Below are positions 30,101-38,037 of a stretch of DNA of 64,000 nucleotides, piece after piece. Location of the stretch: positions 1,024,001 to 1,088,000 of the forward strand of contig CAWDVR010000001.1 of NCBI GenBank assembly GCA_963805975.1, written 5' to 3'. The number at the start of each line of letters is the position of its first letter. Position 1 is the stretch's first letter. Below the pieces are notes generated by a model, which was not told where the DNA came from, did not search any database, and saw only the letters and a list, made by a program, of their open reading frames with translations. The translations under genes and the position numbers were made by a program. The DNA comes from an uncultured Acidobacteriota bacterium. Lineage in GTDB: Bacteria; Acidobacteriota; Thermoanaerobaculia; Multivoradales; SZUA-115.

Positions 30101-33100
30101 CCAGCTCGCCCGCCTCGCCGATGCCGGCGGAGCGCTGGAGGACGACGACCTCGGCGGCCGTCCCTTCTCGCTCCTCGCCGCCGGGGACAAGCAGCGGCTG
30201 CCGCCGGGCATCGAGGACGCCTACCCGGTGACGGCGCTGCAAGCGGGGATGCTCTTCCATGGCGAGTGGAGCCGGGGCACGGCCACCTACCACGACGTGG
30301 AGACCCTGCGGTTGCGGGGCCGCCTGGTGCCCAGGCACCTCGCCGATGCCCTGGCGCAAGTCATCACGCGCCACCCGGTGCTGCGCACCTCCTTCGACCT
30401 CTCCTCCTTCGGCGAGCCTTTGCAGCTCGTCCACCGCGAAGTCGGCGTGCGCCTTCCCGTCCGCGACCTGGCCGGCCTGGACGAGAGCGCTGCCGAGGCC
30501 GCCGTGGCCGCCTGGATGGCGGGAGAGCGGCGGTCTCCCTTCGACTGGCGCCGGCCGCCCCTGCTGCGCGCCGTGCTGTTCGTCCGCGGCGAGGGTGACT
30601 GGGAGGTGGGCGTGGCCTTCCACCACGCCATCCTCGACGGCTGGTCCAACGCCACCCTGCTCTCCGAGTGGCTCCGGATCTACCTCTCCCTGCTGGAGGG
30701 GAGCGACGCGGAGCTGCCCCCGGTGCCGGAGGGGACGCAGCGGCGGTTCGTGGCCCTGGAGCGCCAGTCCGCTGCCGAGGGCGAAGACGAGGCCTTCTGG
30801 CAAAAGGAGCTGGCAGGGGCCCGCCCCACCCGTTTGGGCCGCTGGCCGGAGGAAGCGGGAGTGGAGCGCGGCGAGGGCGTGCGGGTGGTGCCGGTGCCCC
30901 TGGCCGCGGAGCTGGCCGAGGGCCTGGTGGAGCTCGGCCGGCGGGCCCAGGTGCCGCTCAAGACCGTGCTCCTGGCCGCCCACCTGCGGGCGCTGGCCCT
31001 CGCCAGCGGCAGCGCCGAGGTGGTCACCGGCGTGGTCTTCAACGGCCGACCCGAGACCCAGGGCGCGGACCGGGCGCTCGGGCTGTATCTCGCGACCCTG
31101 CCACTCCGCGTGCCGGTAGGCCGCGACAACGGCCTCGACCTCCTGGCGCGGACCTTCGACGCCGAGCGCCAGGCGCTGGCCCACGCGCGCTACCCGGTGG
31201 CGCGCCTCCCGGCCCTCCAGGGGAGCGAGCCGCTGGCGGAGGTGCTGTTCAACTTCAACCACTTCCACGTGCTCGAAGGGGTCCGCGACCTGCCCGGCGT
31301 GGAGCTGCTGGGCTGGCAGAGCTACCAGGAGACCAACTTCGCACTGACCGCGAGCTTCAACCAGGACGCCTTTGCCGGCCGGCTGACCCTCGACCTCCAC
31401 GCCGACGCCCGGCGGCTGGCCCCGGCCCAGCTCCGGCTGCTGGTGGGCTACTACGCCCAGGCGCTCGAGTCCCTGGTCCGGGACCCCGAGGCCGGCTGGC
31501 AGCCGATCTTCCTGCTCACGCCGGGCGAGCGGCATCGGTTGCTGGTAGAGGTAACAGGAGAAGGAAAGGCGCCGGCACCCGAGGAGACGGTGGTGGAGGC
31601 GCTGGCCCGGGTGGCCGAACGGCAGCCGGAGGCCCTGGCCCTCACCGTCGCCGGCCGTCCGGCCCTGACCTTCGCACAGCTCACCAGCAGAGTGCGGCGC
31701 CTCGCCCGTCGCCTGCGCGGGCTGGGGGTGGGGCCGGAGGTGCGCGTCGCCCTCTGTGCCGAGCCGTCGCCGGAGCTGGTGGTGGGCCTGCTGGCGGTGC
31801 TCGAGGCGGGCGGCGCCTACGTGCCCCTGGACCCCGGCGACCCCGCCGAGCGCCTGGCCTACGTGCTGGCCGACTCCGGCGCCCGCCTCCTCCTCACCCA
31901 GGAGCGCTGGCTGTCGCGGCTGGGCGCCGCGGCTGTCGAGGCGGTCCTCCTGGACGGCGTTGCCGAGGTCGAAAGCGGGCCGGAGGCGGACGACGGGCGT
32001 GAATCTCCGCTCGCGGCTCCGGCCCCCGGCCACCTGGCCTACGTCCTCTACACCTCCGGGTCGACGGGCCGGCCCAAGGGGGTGATGGTCGAGCACCGGA
32101 GCCTGATGGGGTACCTGCGCTGGGCGGGCGAGAGCCTGCTGGCCGGGGTGGATCACCTGCCGTGGACCACCCGCATCACCTTCGACGCCTCGCTCAAGCA
32201 GCTCTTTGGCCCGCTGCTGGCGGGGCGGGCGGTGCGCATCCCGGCCCCCGGCGCCCTCTCCGACCCGGCGGCCCTGGCCGCCGCCCTGGAGGTGCCGCCG
32301 GAGCTCGCCGGGCAAGGGGCCTTCAACGCCGTCCCCACCCTGTGGGGGGCTCTGCTGGACGCCATCGAGGCCGGGCAGGTGGCACCGCCTCGGGGGCTGG
32401 GGCTCCTGCTGCTGGGCGGCGAGGCCCTGCCCGGCCGCCTGGTGGAGCGCACCCGGAAGGCCCTGCCCGGCCTCGAGATCGTCAACCTCTACGGCCCCAC
32501 CGAGCTCACCTCCAACGCCAGCTTCGACCGCGTGGACAGCTCCGGCACCGTCACCCTGGGGCGCTCGGCCGCGGGGGCGCGGCTCCACGTCCTGGGCCCG
32601 GGTCTCGAGCCCCTGCCCGACGGCGTGGCCGGCGGTCTCTACGGAGCCGGCACCGGGGTGGCGCGCGGCTACCTGGGGCGCCCGGCGTGGACCGCGGAGC
32701 GTTTCCTCCCCGACCCCTTCTCCGGGGAGCCGGGGATTCGCCTCTACGCCACCGGCGACCGGGTGCGCCGCCGGCCCGACGGCCGCCTGGAGTTCCTGGG
32801 CCGGCTGGACGAGCAGGTGAAGATCCGCGGTCACCGCGTGGAGCTGGCCGAGGTGGAGTCGGCGCTGGCGGCGTTGCCGGACCTGGCCGAGGTGGCGGTG
32901 GCGGCCCGGCGCCTCGGCGGCGATGGAGATGGCCCGCTCTCTTTGGTGGCCTACTGCGTACCCCGTTCCGGGCGACTGCCCGCCGCCGGCGAGCTGCGCT
33001 CGGCCCTCGCGGCAGTCTTGCCCGAGGCCATGGTGCCGGCCCGCTTCGTGGAGCTGCCGGCCCTGCCGCGGCTCCCCAGCGGCAAGGTGGACCGCCGTGC

Positions 33101-34808
33101 CCTGCCCGCTCCAGGCGCCGGCGACGGCCTCGACGAGAGCGCCGGCGAGCCACCGCGGACGCCGCTCGAGCGCCTGCTGGCCGACCTCTGGGCCGCGGTG
33201 CTGCGCCGGCCGGTGGGGATCCACGACAACTTCTTCGACCTGGGGGGCGACTCGATCGTCAGCCTCCAGATCATCGTGCGCGCCCGCCAGGCGGGCCTGG
33301 CGCTCGAGCCGCGGCAGATCTTCGAGCAGCCCACGGTGGCGCGGCTCGCGGCCGTGGTGGGCGAGGCGCCGCCGGTGGCGGCCGAGCAGGGGCCGGTCTC
33401 CGGTCCGCTTTCTCTCACTCCCATCCAGCGGCGCTTCTTCGAGCTGGGCTTCGAGGAGGAGCACCACTGGAACCAATCCCTGCTGCTGGCGCTGCGCCGG
33501 CGGCTGGAGCCGGCCCGCCTGGGAGCCGCCCTCGAAGCGGTGGTGGAGCACCACGACGCGCTGCGCACGACCTTCCAGCGCCGCTCGGACGGTCGAGTGG
33601 AGGCCAGGATCGCCGAGCTTCCGGCACGGCTGCCGCTCTCGGTCTGCGACCTCACGGGCCTCCGTGCCGAGGGGGCTCGCGTTGCCCTGCCGGCGGTGGC
33701 GGCCCGGGTCCAGGCCAGTCTGGACCTCGCCCGTGGGCCTCTGACCCGGGCCTGCCTCTTCCGGCTGGCCGAGGGCGATCAGCTCCTGTGGGTGGCCCAC
33801 CACCTGGTGGTGGACGCGGTCTCCTGGCGCTTCCTGGTCGAGGACCTGGAGGCGGCGGTGAAGGCGCTCGAAGCTGGCGAGGCGGCCTCGCTGCCGCCCA
33901 AGACCACCTCGTTCCAATCCTGGAGCGATGCCCTGGAAAAGCACTCCCGCTCCGCGGCAGTGGTCGCCGAAGGAGATTTCTGGCGCCGGCAGGCCGGGCA
34001 TCCGGACGCGGACCTGCCCCTGGATCTGCCCGGCGACGCCGGCACGGTGGGGCAGGCCGCGAGCTTCACGGTGAGCCTGGGAGGGGACGCGAGCCGGGCC
34101 CTGCTGGACCGCCACGCCGGCGGCGAGAGGGGAGCCCCGGCCGGGTCCAGGGTGGAGGAGGCCCTGCTGGCGGCCTTGATGTCGGCGGCCTCCGGCTGGT
34201 GGGGGTCGACCGCCCTGCGGGTGGAGCTCGAAGGGCATGGCCGCGAGCCCATCTCGGGGGAGGTGGACGTCGCCCGCACCGCCGGCTGGTTCACCACCGT
34301 CTTCCCGCTGCTCCTGGAGGGTTCGCCGGGAGAGTCGGTGGCCGAGACGCTGGCGGCCGTGCGCCGCCGGCTGCGCGCGCTGCCGGGGCGGGGGCTGGGC
34401 TACGGGTTGCTGCGCTACCTGGCCGGCGGCGACGACCTGGCCGCCGCTCCCGGCGTGAGCTTCAACTACCTCGGCCGGGTGGACCTGGCGCTGCCCGAGG
34501 GCGAGATTTTCGCGCTGCTGGGGACGGGCACGGGCGGCGACCGCAGCCCGCGGGGGAAGCGCCATCACCCGCTCGAAGTGGTGGCCCTGGTGGCCGGCGG
34601 GCGCCTCCAGGCGACCTGGACCTACAGCCCCGAGCTCCACCTGGCCTCGACCGTGGAGGGCTTGGCGGAGAGCTTCCTGGCGGCGCTGGGCGAGCTGGCG
34701 GCGGTGCCGGCGCGGGAGGACGGGCCGGGCGGCGAGGCACTGAGCGGCGACGCTCTGGGCGAGCTGCTGGCCGAGCTCAACGACGGCTCCCGGCGAGGAG
34801 GGCGCTAA
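27153..34808 (+). CDS. Giant NRPS, segment 6: C-A(Ser)-T, CmodAA-A(Glu-like)-T-E
   Basis: HHTVSDG; FDVSVWELFW/HFVPS/NLYGPTEAAID; GGDSI; EDAYP...LRTSFDL...EPLQLVH...HHAILDG; E-domain motifs HHLVVDAVSW, EGHGRE, RTAGWFTT, PGRGLGYG and FNYLG; TAA at 34806-34808. Confidence 0.93.
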   Translation, partial: GPFRLPVVDLQGLPAAGREARARRLADRAAARPFDLARGPLHAWCLLRLAPVEHALVINLHHTVSDGWSTGVLAGEMEALYAAFRAGQPSTLPALAVQYGDYAVWQRRWLSGEVLEGQLEAWRGLLAGAPAALPLPTDRPRPALRSQRGTTRRAALPAALVEDLRGLARSQGTTLFMALLAGFDALLAAWSGARDVVVATTYANRRDRALEPLIGFFVNPVLLRTDLSGRPSFGELLARVRRTVLAASANQDVPYEKVTERLRAADPEWWSPLPQVIFTLQNTPLPRLALPGLELSPLGADDGTTKAELELAFFDGGDGGLAGSLTYDRELFDAATMARFLAHLEVLLGAAAAAPETALEALPLLRPAEEAQLRMEHNDSARIWPRETPATLHGLVLWRAEVAPEAVAVVYEDEVLSYGELARRARALAAILACHGAGPERLVAVAMERSLELPVALLAVLVAGGAYVPLDPSYPEERLRFMLADSGAPVVLTQARLLPALESLAAGSAARWLAVDDLPAGEPAEITTPQEGPTVEHQDGLAYVIYTSGSTGRPKGAMNHHRGIVNRLQWMQEAYGLVASDRVLHKTPVSFDVSVWELFWPLVAGACMVVARPGGHREPAYLAALLAEERITTLHFVPSMLQAFLGEEAPAATAVRRVIASGEALSWELKESFYRRFGPSAELPGAELHNLYGPTEAAIDVTAWACAPGGSLRPVPIGRPVANTRVHLLGPGGRLAPLGVPGEAVLAGPQLARGYWRRPALTASTFVPDPLASRPGERLYRTGDLARRLPGGEVEFLGRLDHQVKVRGFRIELGEVEGALEAHPGVRQAVAVVWEEAGEMGRLVAYLVPAAAGGPAPGAEELIPFLAERLPEQMVPSAFVSLPELPLSPSGKVDRRRLPAPSAEGLRGAGAFAPPRSPLERALAAVWQEVLGLASSEASSLGLDDNFFAFGGDSIRMLQVRQKAAERGIGLSAQDLFSAPTLRQLARLADAGGALEDDDLGGRPFSLLAAGDKQRLPPGIEDAYPVTALQAGMLFHGEWSRGTATYHDVETLRLRGRLVPRHLADALAQVITRHPVLRTSFDLSSFGEPLQLVHREVGVRLPVRDLAGLDESAAEAAVAAWMAGERRSPFDWRRPPLLRAVLFVRGEGDWEVGVAFHHAILDGWSNATLLSEWLRIYLSLLEGSDAELPPVPEGTQRRFVALERQSAAEGEDEAFWQKELAGARPTRLGRWPEEAGVERGEGVRVVPVPLAAELAEGLVELGRRAQVPLKTVLLAAHLRALALASGSAEVVTGVVFNGRPETQGADRALGLYLATLPLRVPVGRDNGLDLLARTFDAERQALAHARYPVARLPALQGSEPLAEVLFNFNHFHVLEGVRDLPGVELLGWQSYQETNFALTASFNQDAFAGRLTLDLHADARRLAPAQLRLLVGYYAQALESLVRDPEAGWQPIFLLTPGERHRLLVEVTGEGKAPAPEETVVEALARVAERQPEALALTVAGRPALTFAQLTSRVRRLARRLRGLGVGPEVRVALCAEPSPELVVGLLAVLEAGGAYVPLDPGDPAERLAYVLADSGARLLLTQERWLSRLGAAAVEAVLLDGVAEVESGPEADDGRESPLAAPAPGHLAYVLYTSGSTGRPKGVMVEHRSLMGYLRWAGESLLAGVDHLPWTTRITFDASLKQLFGPLLAGRAVRIPAPGALSDPAALAAALEVPPELAGQGAFNAVPTLWGALLDAIEAGQVAPPRGLGLLLLGGEALPGRLVERTRKALPGLEIVNLYGPTELTSNASFDRVDSSGTVTLGRSAAGARLHVLGPGLEPLPDGVAGGLYGAGTGVARGYLGRPAWTAERFLPDPFSGEPGIRLYATGDRVRRRPDGRLEFLGRLDEQVKIRGHRVELAEVESALAALPDLAEVAVAARRLGGDGDGPLSLVAYCVPRSGRLPAAGELRSALAAVLPEAMVPARFVELPALPRLPSGKVDRRALPAPGAGDGLDESAGEPPRTPLERLLADLWAAVLRRPVGIHDNFFDLGGDSIVSLQIIVRARQAGLALEPRQIFEQPTVARLAAVVGEAPPVAAEQGPVSGPLSLTPIQRRFFELGFEEEHHWNQSLLLALRRRLEPARLGAALEAVVEHHDALRTTFQRRSDGRVEARIAELPARLPLSVCDLTGLRAEGARVALPAVAARVQASLDLARGPLTRACLFRLAEGDQLLWVAHHLVVDAVSWRFLVEDLEAAVKALEAGEAASLPPKTTSFQSWSDALEKHSRSAAVVAEGDFWRRQAGHPDADLPLDLPGDAGTVGQAASFTVSLGGDASRALLDRHAGGERGAPAGSRVEEALLAALMSAASGWWGSTALRVELEGHGREPISGEVDVARTAGWFTTVFPLLLEGSPGESVAETLAAVRRRLRALPGRGLGYGLLRYLAGGDDLAAAPGVSFNYLGRVDLALPEGEIFALLGTGTGGDRSPRGKRHHPLEVVALVAGGRLQATWTYSPELHLASTVEGLAESFLAALGELAAVPAREDGPGGEALSGDALGELLAELNDGSRRGGR

Positions 34809-34810
34809 CC

Positions 34811-37800
34811 GTGCTGCAAGAGAGCGACGTCGAGGCCCTGCACCCCCTGTCCCCCCAGCAGCAGGGGATGCTCTTCGAGTGGCTGCGGGCGCCGGAGTCC
34901 GGGGTCCACGTCGAGCAGTCCCTGTTCACGCTGGACGATGGAAGCGGCCAGGGAGGTCTGGACCTCGCCGCTTTCCAGGAGGCCTGGGGGCGGCTGGCCG
35001 AGCGTCACGCCATCCTGCGCACCGCGTTCGTCTGGGAGAACCGCCGGGAGCCGCTGCAGGTGGTGCTCCGCCGGGCGGAGATCCCCATCGCGGTCGAGGA
35101 CTGGCGGGAACGGCCGGTGGAGGCAGCGCTCGCAGCTTTTCTCGAGGCCGATGCCCGCCAGGGCCTGCCGCTGCACCGGGCGCCGCTCATGCGCCTGGCC
35201 CTGTTCCGCTGTGGCAGCGGCCGGAGCCTCCTGGTGTGGACCTCCCACCACATCCTCCTCGACGGCTGGAGCCGCAGCCGGATCTTCGGCGAGCTGCTGC
35301 CGCTCTACGGTGCCCTGGCCCGGGGAGAGGCGCCGCCGGTGCTGCCTCCGGTGCGCCCCTACGGCGACTACGTCTCGTGGCTGGGAGAGCAGGACACGGC
35401 CGCGGCGGCCGGCTTCTGGCGCCGCCAGCTCGCCGGCCTCGCCGGCCCCAGCGGACTGCCACTGGAGGAGGGCCGCGCGGCTTCGGTCGCGGGAGAGCGG
35501 TACGGGTCCCTGAAGCTGGGTCTCGGTGCCGAGGCGACACGGGGCCTGGAGGAGCTCGCCCGGCGGCGGCGGGTGACGCTGAGCACGGTGGTCCAGGGGG
35601 CCCTGGGCCTGCTCCTCGCCCGCTACGGCGGCCGTGAGGACGTCCTCCTCGGCATCACGGTCTCCGGCCGCCCCGGCGGCCTGCAAGGCGTGGAGGAGAT
35701 GGTGGGGCCCTTCCTCAACACCTTGCCGCTGCGGCTGGCGGTGCCCGAGGGTGGTGCCTTCGACGCCTGGCTCGGTCGAGTCCAGGCCGCCGCCCTGGCG
35801 CTGGCCTCGTACCAGCACTGCTCCGAGGGCCAGGTCCACGCCTGGAGCGGCCTGCCGCCGTCGGCGCCTTTGTACGAGGCGGTGCTGGTGTTCGAGAACT
35901 ACCCCCTGCTGGAGGACGGCTCGGCAGTAGGGGAGCTGGGCTTCCGCATCTCCGGCCTGGAGCAGCGGGGGGCCCGCACCAAGTACCTGCTCACTTTCCT
36001 GGTGTTCGCGGAGCAGGAGCTCTCCTTCGAGCTGGTCTACGACGGCCGGCGCCTGGGGCCCGAAGGCGCCCGGCGGGTCGCCGATCAGCTCGCCGGCCTC
36101 CTGCGCACCGTGGCCCAGGGGCCCGGCACCGATCTCGGGGCGCTGCGCGCGGCGATCGCCGACGAGGAGCTGCCGCGCTGCCGGCCGGCGACGGCCGGTG
36201 AGGTGGACTCGACGCCGCCCCGCACCGCCGTCGAGCGGCTGCTGGCGCCGGTCTGGGCTCGGGTCCTGGGTGTCGAGGGGCTGGGAGTCCACGCCAGCTT
36301 CCTCGAGCTCGGCGGGCACTCGCTCCTGGCGCTGGAGCTGGCGGGCGAGAGCCGCCGCGCCCTGGGCTGCGAGGTGCCTCTGCGCCTGCTCTTCACCGAT
36401 CCCAGCGTCGCCGGCGTGGCGGCGGCCGTGCTGGAGGCCGAGGCAGGCCAGGCCCCGGAGACGGTGGCGCGGATCATGGGGCCGGGAGAGCCGACAGCTC
36501 CACTGACCGGGCTGGCCCCCGAGACCCAGGACCGGCTGTGGGAGGCGCTGGTCGCCGCCCGCTCCGGGCAGGCCGAGCCGCCGCCGGCCCCGCCGCACAT
36601 CGAGCCCCGCCCGGGCGAGCGCCACGAGCCCTTCCCCCTGACCGGCATCCAGACGCTCTACTGGCAGGCCCGGGGCGGGCTGGCGCCGACCGACACCCAC
36701 GGCAACAACCTGGTGGTGGAGTTCGAGATCCCGGGTGCCGGCGAGGGGTTGGTGGCGGCGCTGGAAGCGGCGCTGGGGCACCTGGTCGAGCGCCACGCCA
36801 TGCTGCGCGCGGTCTTCTCTCCCGACGGCACGCAGCGGGTGCTGCCGGAGGTGCCCCGACCCTCGATTCGGCGCCTCGATCTGCGGTCGCTTGCCGCGGG
36901 GGAAGCGGAGGCCCGGGTGGCGGCCCTGCGCTTCGAGCTGCGCCACCGCCGGGCCGCTCCCGACCGCTGGCCCCTCTTCGAGGTGATCGCCCACCTGCTG
37001 CCCGGGGAGCGCCTGCGCCTCCAGTTGCGCATGGAGGCCCTGCTGCTGGACGGCGACAGCCGGGAGCGCCTGTTCCAGGAGCTCCTGGCCCTGGTCCGCC
37101 GTCCCGACCTCGCCCTGCCTCCCCTGGGGGTGACCTTCCGGGACTATGCCGTGGGCTGGCGCCGGCTCGCCGCCCAGCACGGAGACTTCCGCCGCTCCCG
37201 CCAATACTGGCTCGGCCGGCTGCCGCACCTTCCGGCCCCCGCGACGCTGCCCACCCGCGGCGGCGGCCCGCCTTGGCCCCGGCGCTTCGCCCTGGAGAAG
37301 GAGACCGCCCGCTTGCTTCCGGCCGGGGAGTGGGCGGCGGTCAAGACACGAGCGGGGGAGCGGGGCCTGACACCCTCGGCGGTGGTGGCCGGCGCCTTCG
37401 CCGCGGTTTTGGGCCATGCGATCTGGGGCCACGCGGCGCGAGACGAACCTGGCGGCGGGCGCAGCTTCACGCTGCCGGTGGTGGGCAACTTCCGCCCTCC
37501 CTTCCACCCCGACCTCGAAGGCGTGGTGGGCAACTTCGACACCCTCTACCCGGTGGCGGTCCGCGACGCCGCGGCACCGCTGGTGGAGATCGCCCGGCAG
37601 CTCCAGGAGGAGCTGATGGCGGCCTTGGAGCACCCTTACTTCTTCGGCCCCGAGGCCCTGCTCCAGCTCGCCCGGCGCCACCCCGGCACCGGGGCCACTC
37701 CGGCGGTGGTCTTCAACAGCCTGGTGGAGTTCAACCACCCCCAGCACCGGCAGCGGCTGCTGGCGGCCAAGGGCGAAGCTCCGTTGGGCGAGCAGATCGA

Positions 37801-38020
37801 CCTCAGCATCAACATCCCGCAGGTGATCTTCAACGGCACGATCGCCGAGACCCTGGACGGCGACCTCATCGCCCTTTGGCAGTGGATGGACGAGGCCCTC
37901 GCCCCTGGAGTGGCGGCGGAGGTGCGGGACGGGTACCGCCGGCTCCTCGTCTGCCTGGCGCGGGCGCCCGAGCCGTGGGACCTGCCGTTCGAGGAGGCAG
38001 TCCTCCCCTCATCGCCCTGA
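34811..38020 (+). CDS. Terminal NRPS protein: C (DCL-like)-T-degenerate heterocyclization (Cy) domain, no A and no TE
   Basis: GTG at 34811 after GAGGAG. PLSPQQQGMLF, HHILLDGWS, FLELGGHSL, and Cy-like FPLTxxQ, RHAMLRAVFxxDGTQ, WPLF, TFRDY and PQV motifs. Confidence 0.88.
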   Translation: MLQESDVEALHPLSPQQQGMLFEWLRAPESGVHVEQSLFTLDDGSGQGGLDLAAFQEAWGRLAERHAILRTAFVWENRREPLQVVLRRAEIPIAVEDWRERPVEAALAAFLEADARQGLPLHRAPLMRLALFRCGSGRSLLVWTSHHILLDGWSRSRIFGELLPLYGALARGEAPPVLPPVRPYGDYVSWLGEQDTAAAAGFWRRQLAGLAGPSGLPLEEGRAASVAGERYGSLKLGLGAEATRGLEELARRRRVTLSTVVQGALGLLLARYGGREDVLLGITVSGRPGGLQGVEEMVGPFLNTLPLRLAVPEGGAFDAWLGRVQAAALALASYQHCSEGQVHAWSGLPPSAPLYEAVLVFENYPLLEDGSAVGELGFRISGLEQRGARTKYLLTFLVFAEQELSFELVYDGRRLGPEGARRVADQLAGLLRTVAQGPGTDLGALRAAIADEELPRCRPATAGEVDSTPPRTAVERLLAPVWARVLGVEGLGVHASFLELGGHSLLALELAGESRRALGCEVPLRLLFTDPSVAGVAAAVLEAEAGQAPETVARIMGPGEPTAPLTGLAPETQDRLWEALVAARSGQAEPPPAPPHIEPRPGERHEPFPLTGIQTLYWQARGGLAPTDTHGNNLVVEFEIPGAGEGLVAALEAALGHLVERHAMLRAVFSPDGTQRVLPEVPRPSIRRLDLRSLAAGEAEARVAALRFELRHRRAAPDRWPLFEVIAHLLPGERLRLQLRMEALLLDGDSRERLFQELLALVRRPDLALPPLGVTFRDYAVGWRRLAAQHGDFRRSRQYWLGRLPHLPAPATLPTRGGGPPWPRRFALEKETARLLPAGEWAAVKTRAGERGLTPSAVVAGAFAAVLGHAIWGHAARDEPGGGRSFTLPVVGNFRPPFHPDLEGVVGNFDTLYPVAVRDAAAPLVEIARQLQEELMAALEHPYFFGPEALLQLARRHPGTGATPAVVFNSLVEFNHPQHRQRLLAAKGEAPLGEQIDLSINIPQVIFNGTIAETLDGDLIALWQWMDEALAPGVAAEVRDGYRRLLVCLARAPEPWDLPFEEAVLPSSP

Positions 38021-38037
38021 CCGCGAAGGAGCTTGCC

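Noticed and set aside
30600-30650. Possible beta-lactam-forming C domain after the Ser module
   Set aside because: The motif is FHHAILDG, lacking the additional His of NocB C5, so dehydration to Dha is the simpler reading
32162-34810. N-terminal extension of ORF 32162..38020
   Set aside because: It overlaps the real NRPS in another frame; protein-like sequence starts at GTG 34811 after an RBS
36538-38037. N-terminal extension of the ABC exporter ORF
   Set aside because: Off-frame overlap with the Cy domain; transporter sequence starts at about 38040-38060
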